Shown one piece after another: positions 1 to 11,410 of a stretch of DNA of 64,000 nt. The DNA is from Hypanus sabinus (taxonomy: Eukaryota): contig NC_082710.1 of NCBI RefSeq assembly GCF_030144855.1, positions 165,230,001-165,294,000 of the forward strand, read 5' to 3'. Each line of letters opens with the position of its first letter. Position 1 is the first letter of the stretch. Under the pieces are notes generated by a model, which was given only the letters and a program-made list of their open reading frames with translations, was not told the DNA's origin and searched no databases. The translations under genes and the position numbers were made by a program.

Positions 1-850
1 GCATAACCCTGCTCTTAAATTCAATCCCTCTAGCAATGATGGCCAACATTCCATTTGCCTTCCTGATAGCTGCTGCACCTGAAAAGCAACTTTTTTTGAT
101 TCATGCACAATGCCCTTTCTGACAAGCCTCTTCTATTTTCTGTTGTCCACATCCCAGCTGCTGCTGAGAGGCCTGTATATAAGTGTTATCAGGGGCCTTT
201 ACCCTTGCAAATTCTTAATTCAGCTGACAAGGATTGAATGTTTTCCAATCCCATGTCACATCTTTCTACTGATTTGATGCCATTCTTTACCAGCAGAACC
301 ATGCCACCCTCTCTGCCGACCTTCTTATCCCTCTGATACAATGAGTGACTTAAGACATTCAGCTCCCAACTACCACAATCCTTCAGCCACGATTCAATGA
401 TGGGCACAACATCATACCTTACAGTCTGTAAAATAGCAACAAGCTCATCCACCTTATTTCTTATACTCCATGTATTTGGATATAACATTTTGAGTACAGT
501 ATTTGCTATCCTTTTTGAATCTGCATTGCTAATGCACTGATACTCACCTTGCTGGCTGCAGTTATATCTTACAATCTGCCTGCCCTTCCTGACAGTCTGA
601 CTGCAAGCTATCTTTGCTTTTTTACCATCCATCTTATCCTGAGTCCCTTCACTTTTGTTCCCACCCTGACCCTCCCTAACTGCTCTAACAAAGCAGTCCA
701 TGAAAATATTGGTTCCCCTCAGATTCAGGTGCAACCTATCACTTTTGAACTGGTCAGACCCAGAAGAGATCCCAATGATCCAAGAACCTGAAGCCCTGTT
801 GCCTGCACCAGCTCTCAGCCACACATTAATTTGCAAATCACCCTGTTTCT
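1..850 (-). mobile_element. CR1-type LINE fragment (ORF1 esterase end, APE endonuclease start)
   Basis: ORF 189..836 has DRLHLNLRGTNI (SGNH esterase end) and LKMLYPNTWSIRNKVDEL...IIESWL (APE N-terminus); degenerate. Confidence 0.85.
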
Positions 851-879
851 ACCCTCATTGGCACTGGAGTTTAGAAAAC

Positions 880-1110
880 AGAGGGGTTCTCACTGAAATT
901 ATTGAAAGTCTTAGATAAAGTGAACATGAAGAGGATGCTTTCTACAATGGGACAGTCTAGGATCATGGGGCACAACTTCAAAATGGAAGGACGTCCCTTG
1001 GGAGCGGAGATGTGAAGGAATTTTCTTTAGCCAGAGGGTGGTTAACCTGTGGAATTCATTGCTACAAACAGTTGTGAAGGACAAATCATTGTGTAGATTG
1101 AAAGCAAAGG
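880..1110 (+). mobile_element. CR1 3' fragment
   Basis: GAAGGAATTTTCTTTAGCCAGAGGGTGGTTAACCTGTGGAATTC matches the CR1 ORF2 C-terminus (FFSQRVVNLWNSL). Confidence 0.75.
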
Positions 1111-2698
1111 TTGAGGGATGAAGGAGGGGAAGCCTGCAGAAGGTGGTGATCCCACGCTCCTGCTGCCCTTGTCCTTCTTGGTGATTGAGGGGCAGGTTTA
1201 GGAAATACTGTTAGAGTGGCTAAGGTGAGTAAGTGTGGACCATTTTGTTAATGGTACGTACTGCCGTTCCTGTACGTTGGTGGTGATTCCCAGATACTGA
1301 GGTTGAGGACACTGTTGCAGCTGTGCTGAACAACTGGTTGGGGATATTGTCACACCACGGATTCGGCAGTGCAGCAGATTCGGCAATTGCGCTTGTGGAT
1401 ATGTACGTGTCAGCTCACACAGAGACATCCAAGCATGAGCAGCATCAATCTGATGCCTGACATTGTCTAATCAGATTTAGAGTCGTGGATTGTCAATAAG
1501 AAAGAGTACCTTGCCCACTTCCCAGCTTTTGCCCATAAACAAACAAGATGTAGTCTTACTCTTTTTTACACATTAAAAATAGATCAAAACCAGTGCTGAA
1601 ATTAAGGGAGTTCAAGGTCATGTTATCACCAATTGAATCAGTGTCTTGTTACATTACGTGTGTGGAGAACAGAACACTCTTTGTCTCTTGACTTTCAATG
1701 GGATGGATATTAGTTCCACTGCCTCCATGATAGAAAGCACAAGATAGGCTTTCAATTGACTAAAAACACAAAGGTTTTCAGATGCCCAGTAGTGAATATT
1801 TCAGTTACATCTGAGTCAAACCGTGCCTTGCTTAGTAAGAGAAAATCTGAAGTCGCTTTACCCAGTCAACATGAGGTAATGAAGCTGGAAACTTGTACAG
1901 GCACAGTGCAACCAGTAGTAAATGCACTTCCACCTCTTCGTATTACTAATCCCAATGCGGAGCTACCCATGTTAGAATCAAAATATCAATCTCGTGTTAG
2001 CCATACAGTTAAATAACAATAAACTTGAAATTGAACTTGAACCACCTGCGAGTGGAAGGATCATTAAAGAGTGCTTATACAACTGCTTTACACATCATGG
2101 ATAAGATTTCTGTCATTTCCCCTCTCTGTAGGCAGGATGCAAGGCACCAGATAGCAGTAATATGCAGATGTGTATTTCTCCCCATTGCCTGGGCCAATCA
2201 TTTCTCATGCTCAGAAATGGATCATATTGGGCTCTTGCCATGCAGACCTCAAGATATTGTGTGGCATATTGTGTACAGTTTGGTAGCAATTATGTCCAAA
2301 GCAGGCAGGGATGTTTTGGTAATCAGCTGGTGTTTCCGCTTTCACAGCAAGGTAAGAGAAAGTTCAGCTTGTGTTTGTTATAAGGAAAATTAGAATGATT
2401 AACTTCTTTGATGAAGAAGCATAGCAGGGGTGAGATCAATGTAACTCATAACCTCTTTCTCCTCCTCTGTTGTACTTCCAAATGATGCATGAATGGAGTT
2501 TCGAATGGCATTCTACAAGACAGAATTGACTTGTTAGCCAAGTTAAGGCCAATGGGATAGAAGAGAAAGTGGCAGCACGATCACAGGCCGCAATAATGTA
2601 TGAAGACTGGAGGTGAGTCTATAGAAATACAAGGAAAGCTGAAAATAGTTGGTAGGTCAGTCAGCTCCAGCAAAGAGTCAAATAGAGTTAAGGGTTGT

Positions 2699-3371
2699 TG
2701 TGCTGTCTTTACGACAATTATTTAGTTTATAATATTTTCGCTTAGTAATTCATTCAATAGTATTTTCTAGTTAGAATTAGAAGTGTTTAAAGTATATTCA
2801 TTGCATGTAAAATATATCGGCATGCGATGACGTCACATCCGGTTTCGCCGCGTCTTGTGGGAAAACACCGGTTTGAAATTAGCGCGAGGGTGGGGGCTTT
2901 CCACGAGGCTCACCTGAGCAGAAGTTGTTTGCAGGCATGAGAAATCACAGTGAGAGCAACGCTGTAAGTTAATAGATAATCGACATATTGAACTAAGATG
3001 TTAATGCCGATCCTGTTAGAAGTAACGACGGTAGATAATGTTTATGCTTTCGTTAGTTAAAGAGTCGCGGATAGTTTGCATGGAAGTGTATTTAAAGTAG
3101 TCAATGGAGCAGGTAAACTCTCCCTGTATACTGCACCTTAGTGTAATGTAGTTATAGTCACCTTTGCAAGTATTTACACTTGAAACGTGATATTAAGGAA
3201 GGAACAAATACTGTATCAATCTTGTATTGTTTTATCAACAGTTTTCACCATATGTTAATGTGAAGAGTGAACAGTAAATGGTTAATCTTACTGCGATCTG
3301 GTTTCATTGACTGTGGTTTATCTCGACGTTAAATTCGACGTTATCACTTACACGCGAAGGAGAACGTTACA
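2699..3371 (+). repeat. 5' LTR of BEL element
   Basis: TGTGCTGTCTTTACG...GAGAACGTTACA; direct repeat of 6749-7421 with 2 substitutions counted by eye. Confidence 0.97.
2828..2835. promoter_or_regulatory. Full CRE/ATF palindrome TGACGTCA in BEL LTR (second copy 6878-6885)
   Basis: Exact consensus in the CpG-rich part of both LTRs; function not shown. Confidence 0.45.
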
Positions 3372-3385
3372 GTGAAAAAGCGGCA

Positions 3386-3595
3386 TTATCAGGTGTTTCA
3401 AGTGCTGCAATGTCAGCTCAATCCAGCATCAAGTCGACGCCGCCCAGCGGCAAGGGCAGTAAACCGACATCAAGTAAGCCCACCCAGGCGTTATCAGGTG
3501 TTCCAAGTGCTGCAATGTCAGCTCGATCCGGGATCAAGTCGATGGCGCCCAGCGACAAGGGCAGTAAACCGACATCAAGTAAGTCCACACAGGCA
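3386..3595 (+). repeat. 105-bp tandem duplication spanning the BEL Gag start
   Basis: TTATCAGGTGT...AAACCGACATCAAGTAAG units start at 3386 and 3491 (35-codon period). Confidence 0.9.
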
Positions 3596-6500
3596 AGAGC
3601 CAAGGCAGAAGCCGCCAAGGTGCGACTGCATTACGCCAAACAAGAAGCAGTTTTGAAAATGAAACTGGCCACCAAAGAAGCCGTAATCCAGAAAGAAAGG
3701 GCCGCCAGAGAAGCCGAAAGGGCCGCCAGACAAAGAGATGAGGCTGCCAGACAAAGAGAAGAGGCCGCCAGAGAAGCCGAAACCCAGTTGGAAATGACAA
3801 AAATATCGACAGAGTTGCAAGTGCTGCAGCGAGAAAGAGAAGAAGAAGCTGCCATGGTGGAAGCAGAGTACATAGAAGAAGCTGAAGGGTCGCGTGATCT
3901 GACCGAAACAAGTTCTGCTTTAGAAAGGACCAGACTGGAACGCACGAGCGACTATGTACAATATCAAGCAGACAGGCAGGCTCGTCTCCCCTCTCCATAC
4001 CTATTCGATAACTTCCCCAGCTACGAGGAAGAGAATTTACCCTCGCGGCTCCGCGATGAAGTCAAGAATGAAAGAGCTGACAACCGATATTCTTTGACAC
4101 CAAAGTTACAAAGTTCGATGCGAAGAGACGCGGAGGTTGAATCCAGGATGGCAAATTCCATGAGAAACGTGCGTTCTCAGTCATATAGGCGACAACGTAC
4201 TTCTCCAGCCCGCATGCCGCTTGCAGCCGATCCCACGCTGCAGTATTTAGCACGACGGGATCTCATCACTTCGGGACTGTACCAGTTTGACGATAAACCC
4301 GAAAATTACCGTGCTTGGCACTCCACATTCACCAACGTGATCGACGGGGTCCAGCTCAGTGCAACCCAAAGGTTGGACCTTATGGCGAAATGGCTGGGGA
4401 AAGAATCACGCGACCAGGTGAGACGCATGCATTCAGTGTACATCAACAAACCCGAGCTAGCCTTAAGCGAAGCGTGGGAGAGACTTTGGGAGAGATATGG
4501 GGCCCCCGACATTATTGAAGCGGCGCTATATCGACGTCTGGAAAACTTTCCTAAGGTGTCAGCCAAAGACCACTTTAAGTTAAGAGAATTCGGAGATTTA
4601 CTCATGGAGATCCAAGGCGCCAAAGAAGATGGCTATTCAGCTGGTCTAGTATACCTAGATACTCCATCCGGGATTAGACCAATTGTGGACAAACTTCCAT
4701 TTGGGCTGCAGGACAAGTGGCTGACTGTTGCCTCAGAGTACAAGGAAGAACACGGTGGTCGATTTCCTCCCTTTGAGCACCTCACTGAGTTTGTGCGCAA
4801 GGAGGCGAAGAGGCGAAACGACCCTAGCCTCGTAGGTCCAGGAAGCAGTTCGATTTACACCAAGCCAGGTAGATCCTCTTCGAATGTTTTCAACATTGAT
4901 AAACCCGTGTCAGTGCTCAAGACCGAAGCCCTTACAACTAACAACGACCCTGGCAAGTATTGTCCGTTGCATAACAAACTTCACCCCCTGAAAGCATGCA
5001 GAATGTTTAGGGAAAAACCCCTTGAAGAGAGGATGGCTCTTCTCAAGGAGAAAAGAATATGTTTTAGATGTTGTTCCTCAACCTCTCACCTCGCCAGAGA
5101 GTGTACGATCGCCGTGAAGTGTCCGGAATGTGATAGCACGGATCACGTCGGGGCCATGCATCCCGACCTGTCACCGCAAACGGAGAGCGCTCCTTCACCC
5201 CCACAACAGGACGGCGGGGAGGGAGAGGCTGACTCTAGGTCAACAGCTGTCAGCACGAACTGTACAGAAGTTTGCGGTCAAGCTCAGTCAAGTCGTTCTT
5301 GTTCCAAGATCTGCCTCACTAAGGTGTACCCTAAAGGAGCCAAAGACAAGGCCATCAAAGCCTATGTGATTCTGGACGATCAGAGCAATCGTTCACTAGT
5401 CAGTCCAGAGTTCTTTAAATTGTTCAACATTGAGAGTGAGCGGTTCCCATACTACCTCAAAACTTGCTCAGGCAACATGGAAACCCAAGGAAGGAAGGCA
5501 GAAGGCATCCAGATCGAGTCCCTGGATGGTAAAGTCGTCATCTGTCTCCCTCCGCTCTTAGAGTGCAATGAAATCATGAATAACCGCGCTGAGATCCCGA
5601 CACCAAGTGCGGTGCTACACCAGCCGCATCTCCACCACATCGCCAAACACATCCCAGAACTGGATCCGAAAGCGGAAATACTCCTGCTATTAGGAAGAGA
5701 TGTAATGCAGGTACACAAGGTTAGGCAGCAGGTCAATGGACCACACGACGCCCCCTTTGCACAACGCTTGGATCTAGGCTGGGTGGTGATAGGAGGGGTG
5801 TGCCCTGAAGACGTACACAAACCGATGGTTAACACACTCAAGACCAATGTGCTAGAGAGTGGCCGCCATTCAATCTTTCAACCCTGCCCGAGTGTCCCGT
5901 GCATCAAGGAAGCACAACAAGGCGTTAACAAGCGCGAGGCAAGCGACGAGTCGCTGGGCCAGTCAGTCTTCGCTCTAACGAAGTATGACAACAAACTTGC
6001 ACAATCAGCTCAAGATACCATTTCTTTAAAAACCAAAGACACCAAGGTCTTCAGAGATGAAGCAAATAATGGGGTTGCCCCACTGCCTATCAGAGAACCA
6101 TGCCAGCGCTCACCAGATAACAAAGAGCAGGCAGTCAAACGGTTCACGTCCTTACGGAAAACCCGGAAAGGGAAACCTGAGATGCAGCAACACACCCGAT
6201 TGGCCCACGAGGTACTGTGCACCCTAATGGCAGAGGTCACAGCCATTATGAACTCACGACCACTCCTGCCTGTGTCCTCCAACCCAGAAAACCCCTTCAT
6301 CCTTTCGCCATCAATGCTCCTTACACAGAAGGCAGGAGCACCTCCTCCACCAGGAGACTTTTCAGACAAGGATTTGTACACAAAGCAATGGAGACAAGTC
6401 CAGGCTCTGGCAAATCAGTTCTGGTCCCGCTGGAGACAGGAATATCTACCTTTGTTGCAACAGAGACAAAAGTGGACAGAACCCCACAGGAATCTTCAAG

Positions 6501-6691
6501 TTGGAGACTTAGTCCTGCTCAGGGACAAGCAAATCGCTCGCAACAGCTGGCCAACGGCCAGAATCACTGCTACATTCCCTATCGAGGATGGACATGTCAG
6601 GAAGATCGAATTGAAGACTACCGACCAAGGCGATGTGAAAATTTACCAAAGGCCAGTTACAGAAGTTATTCTACTTCTACCCAATGACTGA
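3410..6691 (+). CDS. BEL/Pao Gag-protease fused in frame to integrase C-terminus (1093 aa)
   Basis: Coiled coil; DUF1759-like Gag (FDDKPENYRAWHSTF); Zn knuckles CPLHNKLHPLKAC, CFRCCSSTSHLAREC, CPECDSTDH; aspartic protease YVILDDQSNRSLV; then KPEMQQH joined directly to TRLAHEVLCTLMAEVTAIMNSRPL and a DUF5641-like tail (FWSRWRQEYL...VGDLVL...RPVTEV). Confidence 0.92.
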   Translation: MSAQSSIKSTPPSGKGSKPTSSKPTQALSGVPSAAMSARSGIKSMAPSDKGSKPTSSKSTQARAKAEAAKVRLHYAKQEAVLKMKLATKEAVIQKERAAREAERAARQRDEAARQREEAAREAETQLEMTKISTELQVLQREREEEAAMVEAEYIEEAEGSRDLTETSSALERTRLERTSDYVQYQADRQARLPSPYLFDNFPSYEEENLPSRLRDEVKNERADNRYSLTPKLQSSMRRDAEVESRMANSMRNVRSQSYRRQRTSPARMPLAADPTLQYLARRDLITSGLYQFDDKPENYRAWHSTFTNVIDGVQLSATQRLDLMAKWLGKESRDQVRRMHSVYINKPELALSEAWERLWERYGAPDIIEAALYRRLENFPKVSAKDHFKLREFGDLLMEIQGAKEDGYSAGLVYLDTPSGIRPIVDKLPFGLQDKWLTVASEYKEEHGGRFPPFEHLTEFVRKEAKRRNDPSLVGPGSSSIYTKPGRSSSNVFNIDKPVSVLKTEALTTNNDPGKYCPLHNKLHPLKACRMFREKPLEERMALLKEKRICFRCCSSTSHLARECTIAVKCPECDSTDHVGAMHPDLSPQTESAPSPPQQDGGEGEADSRSTAVSTNCTEVCGQAQSSRSCSKICLTKVYPKGAKDKAIKAYVILDDQSNRSLVSPEFFKLFNIESERFPYYLKTCSGNMETQGRKAEGIQIESLDGKVVICLPPLLECNEIMNNRAEIPTPSAVLHQPHLHHIAKHIPELDPKAEILLLLGRDVMQVHKVRQQVNGPHDAPFAQRLDLGWVVIGGVCPEDVHKPMVNTLKTNVLESGRHSIFQPCPSVPCIKEAQQGVNKREASDESLGQSVFALTKYDNKLAQSAQDTISLKTKDTKVFRDEANNGVAPLPIREPCQRSPDNKEQAVKRFTSLRKTRKGKPEMQQHTRLAHEVLCTLMAEVTAIMNSRPLLPVSSNPENPFILSPSMLLTQKAGAPPPPGDFSDKDLYTKQWRQVQALANQFWSRWRQEYLPLLQQRQKWTEPHRNLQVGDLVLLRDKQIARNSWPTARITATFPIEDGHVRKIELKTTDQGDVKIYQRPVTEVILLLPND

Positions 6692-6748
6692 TTAAGAGAC
6701 TAAGTTTGTACTCTGCTCATTGTGACCTTACGAAGGTCAAGCGGGGAG

Positions 6749-7421
6749 TGTGCTGTCTTTACGACAGTTATTTAGTTTATAATATTTTCGCTTAGTAATT
6801 CATTCAATAGTATTTTCTAGTTAGAATTAGAAGTGTTTAAAGTATATTCATTGCATGTAAAATATATCGGCATGCGATGACGTCACATCCGGTTTCGCCG
6901 CGTCTTGTGGGAAAACACCGGTTTGAAATTAGCGCGAGGGTGGGGGCTTTCCACGAGGCTCACCTGAGCAGAAGTTGTTTGCAGGCATGAGAAATCACAG
7001 TGAGAGCAACGCTGTAAGTTAATAGATAATCGACATATTGAACTAAGATGTTAATGCCGATCCTGTTAGAAGTAACGACGGTAGATAATGTTTATGCTTT
7101 CGTTAGTTAAAGAGTCGCGGATAGTTTGCATGGAAGTGTGTTTAAAGTAGTCAATGGAGCAGGTAAACTCTCCCTGTATACTGCACCTTAGTGTAATGTA
7201 GTTATAGTCACCTTTGCAAGTATTTACACTTGAAACGTGATATTAAGGAAGGAACAAATACTGTATCAATCTTGTATTGTTTTATCAACAGTTTTCACCA
7301 TATGTTAATGTGAAGAGTGAACAGTAAATGGTTAATCTTACTGCGATCTGGTTTCATTGACTGTGGTTTATCTCGACGTTAAATTCGACGTTATCACTTA
7401 CACGCGAAGGAGAACGTTACA
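6749..7421 (+). repeat. 3' LTR of BEL element
   Basis: Direct repeat of 2699-3371, preceded by a purine tract. Confidence 0.97.
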
Positions 7422-8160
7422 GTTCTGGTCAATGACTCTGCATTTGAATTGGGTTCTGCAGTAGGATCACATCACTTCATGTTGGTCATGAGAAGGTAGA
7501 AGGAAATAACACCTTACCTAAGCACAAAACAACGCTGAAGGTAACAGATTTCACACATAGATTTAGTGATGTGGTCTCACATACAGGAACCAAGTGCTAC
7601 ATTTCGAAAGGAAACGGTGGCCAAAGTGATATGAACAAAGTGATAGAAATTTTTAAGCGGTGCAAGCACAGACATACTTTGGGCAAATGCACAAAAGACC
7701 TTGGAGAAAGCTGACATGCTCAAGGTACTTCAAGATCTCTGGTTGCATGTGAGCAGTGTGCTGATGTAGTGGGTGGTACAGCTGCCTCACAGTCTCATCC
7801 ATTCAAGTTTGGCCCTGTCCTCTGGTCACTAACTGCTGTATATTGCCTCCAGTGTGTGGGTGGCTGGTTAGAGAAGCAACAGCGTCCATGAGCCTATGAG
7901 AGAAAACAAGGCACAAGAAAAACAGTGTAGGATTGTGACTTATGGGATTTCTCTTAGACCAGATGGGTTAAGTGAAATAATTCTGAATATTTACAAGGCT
8001 TGTCACTTCCCATCTAGAGTGTGGTGGATGTAGCCATTTAGCAATGACTTTGGAGTGCTTCAGATCATTTGGGAGTTGCTATGGACCACTCTCATTATGT
8101 TGCATGGACAAACCGGAGTATCTGCACTGAATACAGGATTCTGTGAAAAATCCACTGAAG

Positions 8161-8240
8161 CAGGGGCTCCCAAACTTTTTAATGCCATGGAGCAATGCCA
8201 TTAAGCAAGGGGTCCAGGACCCTAGGTTGGAAACCATCAG
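8161..8240. mobile_element. Small hAT-type MITE remnant
   Basis: CAGGGGCTCCCAAAC start and AGGTTGGAAACC end resemble hAT-Charlie TIRs. Confidence 0.5.
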
Positions 8241-8479
8241 CCTAAAGGAAAAAATTAATGTCTCACTAAGTCATATGCTGTTTAAACTCAAAGGTGATAA
8301 CTCCCACAGTTTGGCAAGGCTTTTGATCTTGTGGACATGGAGGTTCATTCAGACCCTCTTCCAGTCAGGAAAATCCTTTGTGCCTGCATTATTCCAGGGT
8401 TCACCCCAGCATTGCATTAATTGGTTACTACCACATCTAACTCAGCTCCATGAGCAATAATTCTAATTTGTGCAGATAT

Positions 8480-8990
8480 TTCCCATGTAAGATACCCTAA
8501 CATCACTACATTCTCAGATGTGGGAGCAGAATTAGGCCCTATACCAAGTCTGCTTCCATTTGATCATGGATGATTTATTTACCTCTTAACACCATGCTCC
8601 TATCTTCTTCCAGTAACTTTTGATGCCCTACTATACAAGAACCTATCAACTTCCACTTTAAGTATACCCAAATGACCTCCACAGCCATCTGTGGCAATGA
8701 ATTCCACAGGTTCACCACTCTCCAGCTAAAGAAATCGCTCCTCACCTCCGTTCTAAAGGCACATCCTTCAATTCTGAGGCTGTGCTTTCTGGGCCTAGGC
8801 TCTTCCACTACTGGAGACATCCTCTCCATGTCCACTCTTCAATATTTGGTGTCTTTCAGTGAGACATCATGCCTTCATTCTTCTAAACTCCAATGAGTAG
8901 AGGCCCAGAGCTGTCAAACACACCTCACTCATTAACTCTTTAATTCCCAGGACCACTCTTGTAGCCCTTCTCTGGACCCTCTCTACTGAG
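8480..8990 (-). mobile_element. CR1 3' fragment
   Basis: Minus ORF FFSWRVVNLWNSLPQ. Confidence 0.8.
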
Positions 8991-9309
8991 CACTCTATAA
9001 AACTTCATCAGATGTACTGTGGAAAGTATCCTGAACCATTGCATCATGATCTGGTAGGACAGTTCAAATTCACAGGAAAGTACAAGGCAGCAGAGTGTTA
9101 CATTCAGCCCAATACTTCACTTGTTCACCCATCTGCATCATTGTCAGTATCTGCAGGAGGTGCAGCCCCAAGAAGAGGCAATATTTACTGTCAAATATCT
9201 CCACAATCTTCTCACAGCTACCAAAAGTCATGACTCACACAGTCAGTTTTTAGAGTACCTCAGCTATTCAGATCTTGAACCAATCTGCATAATTCTAATC
9301 ACACTTCAG

Positions 9310-9720
9310 TATCAGTAAATTGATTTATCATCACCACATGTACTGAGGTAAAGTGAGACATTTCACTCTGTCATCCATACAGATCATTTCATCTCATCAG
9401 TACATCAGTACATCTCAGAAGGTAGTACAAGGGGAGAAACATGAAGATAATGCAGAATAAAATGTTACAGTTACAGACAGAGTGCAGTGTAGACAGATGG
9501 TCACGTGCATCCTTGAGCAAGTGCACTGTGAAGACAGCAGCCCATCCCACCATACAATGGGACCATTCAATTGTCTCATAACAGCAGCATGGCAGCCGCT
9601 CTTGAGCCTGGCCATGTGTGCTTTCAGACCTTTGTGTTTTCTGCCTGGTAGGTAGGGGGAGAAGGGAGAATGTCCTGGGTGAGGAAGTCCTTGATTATGT
9701 AATACTGGGAGCAGCACAAT
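9310..9720 (-). mobile_element. Rex/Babar-like LINE 3' fragment
   Basis: Minus translation ARLKSGCHAAVMRQLN resembles the Rex C-terminus (RLKNSFYPQAIRLLN). Confidence 0.6.
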
Positions 9721-10399
9721 AAACACAATGAACACCGTGCTCTAACAATGGAATTTTTTTTGCTGTAATTATCTTATTGTCTAATTTTGTATAATTGATT
9801 TGATATTTACTTTCATTTGTGAATGTTGTCTCGCTGATGCTGTGGACCTGCGATGCAGCTGCAGGTTTTTCATTGCACCTTTGCAGACATGTTCCTTTTA
9901 CCAGTAAACTCAGCTTTGTTCCCACATCTGATTTCTGCATTAACTTTCTGTACCCTTTACGCTTTCACCTCTTTAACTTCACGTCAATAACCTACACACT
10001 GGATAAAGTTGAGCCTTCCATTGAAAAGAATATTTTGTTACATTAGTTGTGAGGAGAATAGAACATTCTTTGTTTCTTGACTTTCAGTGGGATGGATATT
10101 AGTACCACTGCTTCCAAGATCAAAGACATAAGAGAGGCTTTCAATTGGCTAAAAAGAATGCAAATATACAAAAACATTCTGGTCTTTTAATGGACGTGGA
10201 CAATACTGCATCTGTGTGGTGTCCATTACATCTGAGTCAAACTATGTCTTGCTTAGCAAGTGAAAATTCACACAATTGCTTTAGCCTGTTATCACCAGGC
10301 AATGAAGTTACACAAGCTGGGAACTGATACATTTGCCGTGCTATGTGAAAAGGGAGAAGCAACTAAGGGGCTTCAGATATCAGGAGCACAATGTACTAG

Positions 10400-10596
10400 T
10401 GTGGTGAACTATGTATACCTGTCTGGACTCGCCCCTCTGCTGACTGCTCCTGTGGCTCTTCCCACAGACCCCTGTATAAAGGCGATTGGAGGCACTGCTC
10501 CTCCCTCAGTCTCCAGGATGTTGTGTGGTGGTCTCTTGTAGCTAATAAAAGCCTATCATTCACCTCCCGTCTCCGAGAGTTATTGATGGTGCATCA
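10400..10596 (+). mobile_element. Solo LTR (197 bp, Gypsy-like) with 5-bp TSD ACTAG
   Basis: TGTGGTGAAC...GGTGCATCA; TATAAA and AATAAA inside; ACTAG at 10395-10399 and 10597-10601; same family as 18227-18443. Confidence 0.9.
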
Positions 10597-10844
10597 ACTA
10601 GTAGCAAACGCAACTCCCCCTCTGCATATCACTGATCCGATCACAGAGCAACCATGTGAGAATCAACATGTCAGTCTTCTGGGACACATTTCATTATTTC
10701 TTAATTTATTTGTGGTAACATTTTTTTACGTGCTGTGTTTGAGTTGTATTTACCCTGTTTTGCACCCTGGTCTGGATCAGTTTTGTTTCATTTCATTGTA
10801 TGCACGTATACTGTTGAACAACAATAAATTTAAACTTGAACTGA

Positions 10845-11410
10845 GACTGTAAGACATGGGAGCAGAATTCAGCGAGTCTGCTTCACCATTCCATCATGGC
10901 TGATCCCGGATCCCACTCAACCACATACACCTGCCTTCTCACAATATCCTTTGATGTCCTGACTGATCAACTTTCACCTTAAATATACCAACAGACTTGG
11001 CCTCCACCACGGTCTGTGGCAGAGCATTCCACAGATTCACCACTCTTAAAAAAATTCCTTCTTACATCTGTTCTAAATCATTGTGCCCTCAATTTTGAGG
11101 CTCTGCCCTCTAGTTCTGGATACCCCCACCATAGGAAACATCCTCTCCACATCCACCCTAACTAGTCGTTTCAACATGTGGTAGGTTTCAATGAGACACA
11201 TGAGACCCCTACACATTCTTCTAAATTCCAGTGAGTACAGGCCCAAAGCTGCCAAATGCTCCTCACACATTAACCCCTTTATTCCCAGCATTATCCTCAT
11301 GAACCTCCTCTGGACTCTCTCCAAAGACAACACATCCTTTCTGAAATATGGGGCCCAAAACTGTTGACAATACTCCAAGTGTGGCCTGACTAGTGTCTTA
11401 TAAAGGCTCA
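10845..11410 (-). mobile_element. CR1 3' fragment
   Basis: ORF 11073..11414 LYKTLVRPHLEYCQQFWAPY...LERVQRRF. Confidence 0.9.

Larger units (their letters stand above)
2699..7421 (+). mobile_element. BEL/Pao LTR retrotransposon, internally deleted (non-autonomous)
   Basis: Two 673-bp TG...CA LTRs; PPT-like GCGGGGAG before the 3' LTR; flanks GTTGT (2694-2698) and GTTCT (7422-7426) form a 5-bp TSD with one mismatch; BEL-type Gag/PR/IN C-terminal motifs. Confidence 0.95.

Noticed and set aside
3418-4623. Several antisense/overlapping ORFs within the BEL Gag
   Set aside because: Shadow frames of a repetitive coiled-coil coding sequence
7490-9320. Possible plus-strand exons near 7587-7725 and 9058-9318
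   Set aside because: Splice signals are weak or incomplete, frames are interrupted, and no protein family was recognised
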